A DNA stretch of 64,000 nt from NCBI GenBank assembly GCA_963693365.1, contig CAVNZM010000004.1, positions 6,733,093-6,797,092 on the forward strand, read 5' to 3'. The notes under the pieces are model-generated. The model searched no databases and had not been told where the DNA came from. It saw only the letters and a list, made by a program, of their open reading frames with translations. Position numbers and translations under genes: made by a program. How positions within the stretch are numbered: the stretch's first letter is position 1; each line of letters starts with the position of its first letter. Of this stretch, positions 56,959 through 64,000 are shown one piece after another. This stretch comes from Amoebidium appalachense (lineage: Eukaryota > Protista > Ichthyosporea).

Positions 56959-59138
56959 CCGCGCAAAAGGTTGGAGAAGGGGGGGGCGAGGGGGGGGGGG
57001 GGGGGGGGGGGGTCAGAATGCATGGCCTCCCAGCAGTACAAACTCACGATAGACAGGAGACAGTGTCCGTAGCAATAAATATTGCGGAATCCACTAATTT
57101 AGCTAGCCTGAGCTCGAAATGCACAACCACAGGTATCGACATTGGCAGGACAGCCCATGAACCCGCTCTCAGAAACCAAAGCCATCCAGAGTGACCAGAT
57201 TTTCGACGGGAGGTCTCCTCCCCAGGGGGGAGGGGTGGGGGGGAGAGGAAGGAAAGGAAGGGTACGGAAGGGGAGGGGGGAGGGGGAGGGGGAGGGGGGA
57301 GGGGGGAAGGAATTGGGAAGGGAGGGAAAGGGGGGCGGTGGGGGGAGGGGGGGGGGGGGGATGAGGGAGGGGGAAAAGGAACTTCGGAGGGGGAGGGCGG
57401 ATGAAAGAAGAGCAGGGGCATTCATTATTCGACTATTTGGGGGAGGGGGGGGGGATGATAAAAGACAGAAGATAGAATTGAGACGGGTTCGGGATGAAAT
57501 ATCGAAAAGGGAGCAAGGGGGCAACTTTCTCTCACCCGTGGAGGGTCGGAAAGGGGGAGGGCTTTTGAAAAGCCAGGGGGGGGGGGGGGGGGGGGGGGGG
57601 GGAGGGGGGAGGGGGAGGGGGGGGGGGGGGGGGGGGGGAGGGTGAAGAGGAGCATGAGAGTCGTGGTCCGACTTCTGAGGGCTGGGGGGGCGGAAGGGGG
57701 GGAGGGGGGAGAAGGTGAGGATGGGATGAAGGAGCCTAGGTGGGCTCGGGGGTGGGGTGGTGGGGTGAGTTGTGTGTACACGTTTGTGTGTTGGGGGGGG
57801 GGGGGAGGGGGGGGGGGGGGGGGGTTGGTTGGAAAGAGAATCAAGGGAAAAGACGGGGGCTTTGTGGGCCAGAGACTCGGATGAAGAAGAAGCAAGGAGA
57901 AGATGTTTTTGTACGTGGGGGTGGATGGGGTGAGAGAGATTGAGGGGGAAGAGGTGTGCGCCGGAGGGAGGGGGAGGGGGGGGGGGGGAGGAGATTGTCA
58001 ACAGTTATTTTTCAACCGCAGCTGTGGGGAGAGGGGGGAGGGGGGGGGGGGGGGGGGAGGGGGATGTGGATTAGTTGAAGAGGGGGGAGAGTTGGGGGAA
58101 TGAAATTGGGGCAAAGGATGGACACTCCGAACGTTGGAAGGGAAGGGAGATGGATAGCAGCTGGAACCTCGATTTCCTTACCTATTTATAGTAATGAAGG
58201 ATTGGCTAGGATTCAATGTCCCGACAGCCTGCCCGGCGTTATATCCTGAGATAGACCTGCTTGTGATTGGCTCTGCGGCTATGACGTATGACATGGGCCA
58301 CATGGGGCTCACACAAAGAACGTTCATTAGACAACCGCTACAAAACTTAAAAACACTAATATAATTAGTGCACGACGTCAAAAGCTTGGAAATGTTATAT
58401 AAAAATATTGATATATTAACAGGTGACGTATTATGTATTTTTTAGCCACAAATGAATCAACATCACCAGCAAGCCAGAAACATGCTTTTGCTTTTCTATT
58501 GGCGAAAGATCATGCATGTGGCATAAAGTTATGCAGAGGAGTGTAAGCCGAATAGACCGGACCCTAGTTCAGCTTTATGATTATTTAGCTCATAAATAGC
58601 ATTGATACCACATAAAAACTTTAATTGTGGGAGACTTCACAACCGAACGAGTGCTTGAGCATTTTTTCCCTTGGAGAGGAGGCGTACAGGCACCCACAAT
58701 CGAGAGAAATGGTGTCTCACAGCAATCACCTCATAACCCTAAATCGACCTATGCTATTTGGCGTGAGCACATCACCGAATGGGCCGACCGGGTCCCGCCA
58801 ACCCATATTTAGGTAGGGGATTCGAGGTGGCTGGGGGAAGAGGAAAGTGCTATTGGAGAGCCGAGGGGGGGGGGGGGGGGGGGGAAGGGGGCAAAGAGAA
58901 GCCAGAGACATACATTTTTCGACTGGGGGTGGTAGATGGGTGATGGGGGGTGGGGATGAGGAGAAAGAAGGATTGGGGGGGGGGGGGGATGATCAACTTA
59001 ATGAAAGAGGAGCCTGTGAAGAACATTTCGTTCCGGGATGTGAGGGGAAAGGGAGGATGGGGGATGGGTGGCGGAGGAGGGGGGGGGAGGGGGAGCGAGA
59101 GAGCGAGAGTGATATTTCGAGACCCGCAGGCACAGTGC

Positions 59139-59201
59139 ATAGAGGGAAAGAGAAATGCACACACCGTGTATAGACGGAAAGAGAAATGCACACACCCGTG
59201 T
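59139..59201. repeat. Tandem duplication (~31 bp x2)
   Basis: ATAGA(G/C)GGAAAGAGAAATGCACACACC(C)GTGT occurs twice. Confidence 0.75.
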
Positions 59202-59756
59202 TCGGAAACTAATGTGGGTCCAGGTGCTCGTAGATGGAAAGCGCCTCACCTTGCCCGTGTGCTCTAAAATGCAAATAGACCGTGCAATGTTAATAGAGTT
59301 GAAAATAACTGTATTTCCACCATCTCTAGCATGGCACCGTGCATCAACCAGTGATGCCAGCGCATAATGGAATACTATATACATTACTACGTGCTAACCC
59401 ATCGAGTCAATCGCATGGGCGGTGTTAATTTTTGACGATGCGTCCCGCGCATATCGCCATTAATCTTCCTAGAGCATTAACACTATATGGCTGGCTTAAG
59501 GCATTCTGGGTCCCAAATTACACATCCTATATTACAAATTACGTAAGGCTGAGCCCTTCTCACGATTCAAAAGGACCTGGATTTGCATACATACATACAA
59601 GAAGAAGGGCCGGTATCACCCAGTTAATCCATTGGTCAATTCTGGACGCACGATTTCCTTCTTCCAAACATATATCCTTCACAGTGTAAGCTACCTTGTT
59701 CAACGACCATTCATCTATACAATTCCGGTTGAACCCTACACGCACACAGGGAGTCT

Positions 59757-60557
59757 TCACCAGCAGCGGGCGTACCCGTTGCCTGAGCGATAGAGCATGG
59801 AGATGCCGTTATCTGCTGCTGGGCCGCATGCCGCACTCCCCTGCAACGAATACTCAGCACCAAACACGGCCTTGCCCTGTGCAGCAAAGGGTTTGTACAC
59901 ATCGCACTGCTTGAAACGGGGGCACGATTCGTTGACTGCAAAGTCGAAGGCATCCACCAGGTCGGGGATGAGCTCAAATGCGTTCTTCAGACCAATGGCC
60001 ATGCCACGGCGATGAGCCTGGGAGGCCAACCACAGGGCATACTCCTTGGTCGCTGCCTTCTTGGTGGCCATACTTGTGCCCGGCACACACCCGTTGTATT
60101 CGAAGCAGTCCATGTTGTCTGCTTCGATGGCATCACAGTCCTTCGACTTTGCCATGTCCATGCGTGCGCCCATGACGCCCTGCAGGTCCTGCCAGTTCAT
60201 CACGTTGAACCAATGCTCGCCGTTGTACGGTGCCCACGTGCTGAGAGCTGACCCCGGCACCTGGTCGCGGTCTGGCCGTTTCTGCTCGAGGGTACCTGCG
60301 CTCATGTAGCAGACCACCCGCTGGCCGTTGCCCTTGTACTTCTGGATCTCCTCTTCGGAGGCATAGAAGGCGTCGACCTCCACCACGTCCACACCGTCCA
60401 TGTTTGAGCCAAACAGGTAGGCCTTGTTTGCCCACGTCAGGCCTGAGGGCCAGCTGCCACCGCGGCGTGCAATATGGTGGGCCTCGGCGGGCGCTGCGGC
60501 CACGGGGCTGAATGCCGCCATAACGACAAAAAGAGCTGACACTGTGAAAATGCTCAT
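59757..60557 (-). CDS. Secreted glycoside hydrolase family 114, intronless, 266 aa (copy B)
   Basis: Signal-peptide-like MSIFTVSALFVVMAAFSPVAA; mature part highly similar to copy A with EADNMD and FAVNESC motifs. ATG 60557 preferred over the longer ORF start because the TATA and CCAAT elements lie at 60831-61079. Confidence 0.9.
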   Translation of the reverse strand: MSIFTVSALFVVMAAFSPVAAAPAEAHHIARRGGSWPSGLTWANKAYLFGSNMDGVDVVEVDAFYASEEEIQKYKGNGQRVVCYMSAGTLEQKRPDRDQVPGSALSTWAPYNGEHWFNVMNWQDLQGVMGARMDMAKSKDCDAIEADNMDCFEYNGCVPGTSMATKKAATKEYALWLASQAHRRGMAIGLKNAFELIPDLVDAFDFAVNESCPRFKQCDVYKPFAAQGKAVFGAEYSLQGSAACGPAADNGISMLYRSGNGYARCW

Positions 60558-60830
60558 TTTCCCCTCGTGGTTAATGATATCTATGATAAAAAGTTGTTTG
60601 ATATTGCAAGGGTTGCCTAGATGGAATAATAATGATGATGGCAATAATTGGGCGCGGTCGCTGCTGAAAAAAATGTACGGACTTTGGACCGAGTGGGAGA
60701 AGTGAAGGTTCAAACGTCTGTTGGTTTTAACGATATGTGTGCATAAAAGTGCATAAAACTGCATCAGGATACGTATGGCATGTGCGAAGGTGTGCGCCCG
60801 ACTGAGTGGGACAGTGGGTCTTGGCGAGCG

Positions 60831-61079
60831 TTTATAAAGCCAACGCCAAAAAGAGCAGCCAATCGGAAATCCAATCCCAAATAACAAGGTAGGCACATGG
60901 CCTGGGAAGCCAATCACGAACAAGTATCATACTAGTATCTAACACAGCTGATTTGAAGCCAATCACCATGGTCTAAAGTATGCCTTGCCAACCTTGGCAA
61001 CCAGTTCCAATTTGAGTTGGGTCTGATTTCTTTGCCTGGACCCGTAGCCCGGGCGTCCAAGGCTACAGGGCGAGCCAAT
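60831..61079 (-). promoter_or_regulatory. TATA box plus six inverted CCAAT boxes upstream of GH114 copy B
   Basis: TTTATAAA at 60831-60838; + strand CCAAT at 60859, 60871, 60910, 60959, 61007 and 61075. Confidence 0.55.
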
Positions 61080-61206
61080 CATCTGGGTGGGAGATAGGTA
61101 TGCTGAATACATGACGCTCACAATAAAACCAAACGCTATGATTCTCGTAATATATTAATATATTTCATAGCTCCGGAAAATCTTTTACGACAATATTACC
61201 TGTAAT

Positions 61207-61595
61207 TTTTTTTATTTTATTTATTTTATCACGTTTTGTTCCCGGAAGGCCTTTTCGGGCCCTCTAGGGAAACTACCGTCTACCACACAGCACCGACAGT
61301 ACACTAGTTAGGTGCTATCTATGAGTTCAGCTACAAATCCTTCACAACCTAACTATAAGTACACACTTTGCCCAGGGCTACTACCCCAGCCACGCCGGCA
61401 GGAGGCTCCAGTCCTCCCCTCCATTCAAACCTAGCAATAAACGTTAACCGAGGGCTCACATTGGTCGATCTACAGTTTTGGGAAGTCCTAGGTGTTGTGT
61501 ATAGTGTTTAACATGGGTATGGGTGGATGATGGGGTGTGGTGGTGGTGGGGGGGGGTTGCTGCCTAACATTATGTGCTGTTGTACGTATGTTGTG
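61207..61595 (-). mobile_element. Short 5'-truncated LINE copy (3' UTR and A-rich tail), related to 22169-23597
   Basis: Reverse complement aligns with ~23211-23597 (CCCTGGGCAAAGTGTGTAC, GTACTGTCGGTGCTG, TCCGGGAACAAAACG); TSD ATATTACCTGTA at 61193-61204 and 61596-61607. Confidence 0.85.
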
Positions 61596-62453
61596 ATATT
61601 ACCTGTAATATTACCTGTAAATTATGTTTATATTTTTTCCCTTTATTTTTTGAGTGTACGAGAGAGGGAGGGGTGGTGAGGGGGCCGGAGGAGAAAGCGA
61701 CGATTGCTATTGTGGGCGGCAAAATGTGGCACAAAAAAAAACAAAAAAAAAGAAAAAGAAAAGAAAAAAAAAACGCCATACTTGGACGGGGCTCGGACCG
61801 ATGGCGCCAAGAATCCTGTGTCAAGATGTGTATAAAGCTTTTACCAAAACATCGTTCGAAAACCATGTTTTTTCCCCGCCATCACAGTTTACCAAGGCGT
61901 AACCACAGGATGCAGCTTCTGCGGTTCAGCGTGTAGCTCCCTGTCTAACGGAGGTATCCTCCTGCACAACAGTGAACACTGGCTCCTTCCGGCGTTTTGG
62001 CATTTGCACTTTTGGCCCTGTGCACGGCACTTTGCCCTGCCCGGGAGAGGCCCAGGAGGACTTTGTCATCTGGAGTCACATACCGCGCATAGGACTCCAT
62101 CGCACTGTGCTACAAACGTAGCCCGCCCCGGTGGGCATACAAAAGCGGCCCTGTACGCGTATTCATGACTCGTGACACATATGCATGATATGGAACAAAA
62201 ACTACACAACACGCGCATATATATGCAATGCCGTGCATGTGCATATTATGCATGTGCCCAGCCATTGAAGCTTACATGCATGTGCATGCATGGCTTGGAA
62301 GTTGTGACAGCTACTGTACTTGAGTTTTCCGTCAATCAGGGCGTTTTCCCGGATGGCAGATTAGCCATCATATGATGATAATAAAATTGCCCAAGGTCGG
62401 TGGTACCATTTAGCAAAATTACGCTACGATCTTATAAGACTCAATAAATTGGC

Positions 62454-62522
62454 TTACACACTTTTTATTACGTGGACACTGCCGGGGGCCCAGCCACTCT
62501 CGACGGCCTACTGCGTTTTCCA
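62454..62522 (+). repeat. Dispersed ~70-bp repeat (first copy at 37119-37188)
   Basis: Direct alignment with 37119-37188; followed by short TGCATACTC tandem units. Confidence 0.7.
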
Positions 62523-63510
62523 TATTTGCATACTCTGCATACTCTGCATAGATATTTGCATACTCTGCATAGCGAAGGGCCCGGCATTATTTATTTGTTG
62601 TTGCTTGCATCATATGATGAACACCATACGTACAGCAATCGTCGTCTTTCAGGCAAAATTCTAGTCGCGATTGGTGCGAACGAATCGAAGCCGGTGCAAT
62701 TTGTGGCAAGCTCTTGGCCCGGCCCAGGCATGCAGCTGCCGGATGCACGGTCACGGAACACGTGACGTGGGGCTAAGTTTTGTTCCTATGAGTATTTGTT
62801 CCCGATTATTTCGATGGAAGCGCTAATTATAAAAAAAAGATATTTTCCTTCGAGTGGCCCTTCAAGTTGGCAGCTCGGACCCGTTTCTCTGGCCCTGGAC
62901 CGACGATCGAGCGAGAGTTCCATGCAAAGGCTTTTCTGATTTTTTCTAGGTCTACGTTTAGAGTGTATGTATTGTAATTATTTTTTTTATGTGCAGGTCT
63001 GAGTGGTAGGTACACATGGGCACTGGGCAGACAGTCTCAGATCTATCGTAATTATGATAGATGTATGTATGTGCGTACCGCGATGGCTGTAACAAAAAGC
63101 CCGGGATAATCATCAAAAATGATTTTATTGTTTTGACCTAAAAAAAAAGCAATGGCCTTTGCAGCCAAGAGCTATGTACATGCACATACATACACGTGCC
63201 GTGGGCATCATAGTAGTATGCATAGTACTGCTCGTGGCATGATTGATGCTGGGATACTACGCTAGCTACTGGTACCGTGTGTACCGTACAACGTGTGTGT
63301 GTGCGTGTGTGTCAGTGTGTGTGTGTGCGTGTGTGTGTGTGCGTGCGTGCGTGCGTGTGTATGTATGTGTGTGTATGTGTGTGTGTGTGTGTTTGTATGT
63401 GTGTGTGTGTACGCGCGCGCGCGCGCGTGTGTGTGTGCGCGTGTGTGCAGGTATACATGTATGCTTATCATATGCGTGTGTATGTGTGTGTTTGCGTGTG
63501 TGAGTGTGTG

Positions 63511-63556
<46 letters not shown>

Positions 63557-64000
63557 ATGTTGCCTTGCGGCTTAGAATCAGCAATAGCGCTAGCGAGTTG
63601 ACAGCCTCCTTTTTAGGCAGTCATCAGGTCCAAATTTGATTATCGGGAGAGAATTCGAATGCACATTTATATGTCAAATTCACATTACATACACAGCTGG
63701 CGATGTAGCTAATTGGTATATATGCGCATGTACCTTTTGCGTGTGTGGTACAGTAGTAGTGTGTGCCTGCATATACTATGCCTATGCACATGACTGTGTG
63801 TGCATGTCCGGTGGTCGGAAGAAAGGGAGTGCAATTGGCGTCACGTGAGTCAGGTATGCTATCATGAAGTGGGGCGGAGCATATTCGTATATTAGGCCCT
63901 GCAAGTAATTAGGATCTGTACAGAGTACGTACAACCGGATTCAGGGAAGGAGGAGGTATGGGGGGGAGGGAGGGGAGGGGGGGGAAGGGGGGGGGGGGGA

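Noticed and set aside
58627-58812. Protein-like short ORF (..KSTYAIWREHITEWADRV..)
   Set aside because: No recognisable family, no ATG start and no phase-consistent exon chain could be built.
60558-60923. 122-aa N-terminal extension of GH114-B in the ORF track (similarly 19926-20102 and 24458-24595 for the UBL genes)
   Set aside because: No homology to the paralog. For GH114-B it overlaps the TATA/CCAAT promoter and precedes a good signal peptide; both UBL paralogs align from MRVRV.

Overview
Eukaryotic genomic DNA with spliceosomal GT-AG introns packed with poly(C)/poly(G), (CA)n and (CT)n tracts. The lineage cannot be fixed from this window; the aconitase is of the animal/fungal mitochondrial type. 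Almost all ORFs in the supplied track are microsatellite artefacts. Genes reconstructed by hand from splice sites and protein motifs: mitochondrial aconitase (-, runs off the left edge), mitoribosomal protein mL46 (-), two intronless ubiquitin-like genes ending in LxGG plus a Cys-initiated tail (+), two intact intronless secreted GH114 hydrolases plus one remnant, two paralogous cAMP-receptor/Git3-like 7TM receptors head-to-head, and a divergent TFIIB-like gene (+). The GH114 and receptor copies are arranged as an old inverted duplication centred near 37.5 kb. Mobile DNA: (i) a dispersed repeat, probably Penelope-like, that ends at poly(C) tracts and carries a ~155-nt RNA structure with compensatory base changes between copies; (ii) two 5'-truncated LINE copies with a pseudoknotted 3' UTR and a target site present three times; (iii) a TIR-bounded element. 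The best candidates for new biology are the covarying structured RNA and the UBL-GG-Cys-peptide gene pair. All family assignments come from motif recognition by eye, not from database searches.
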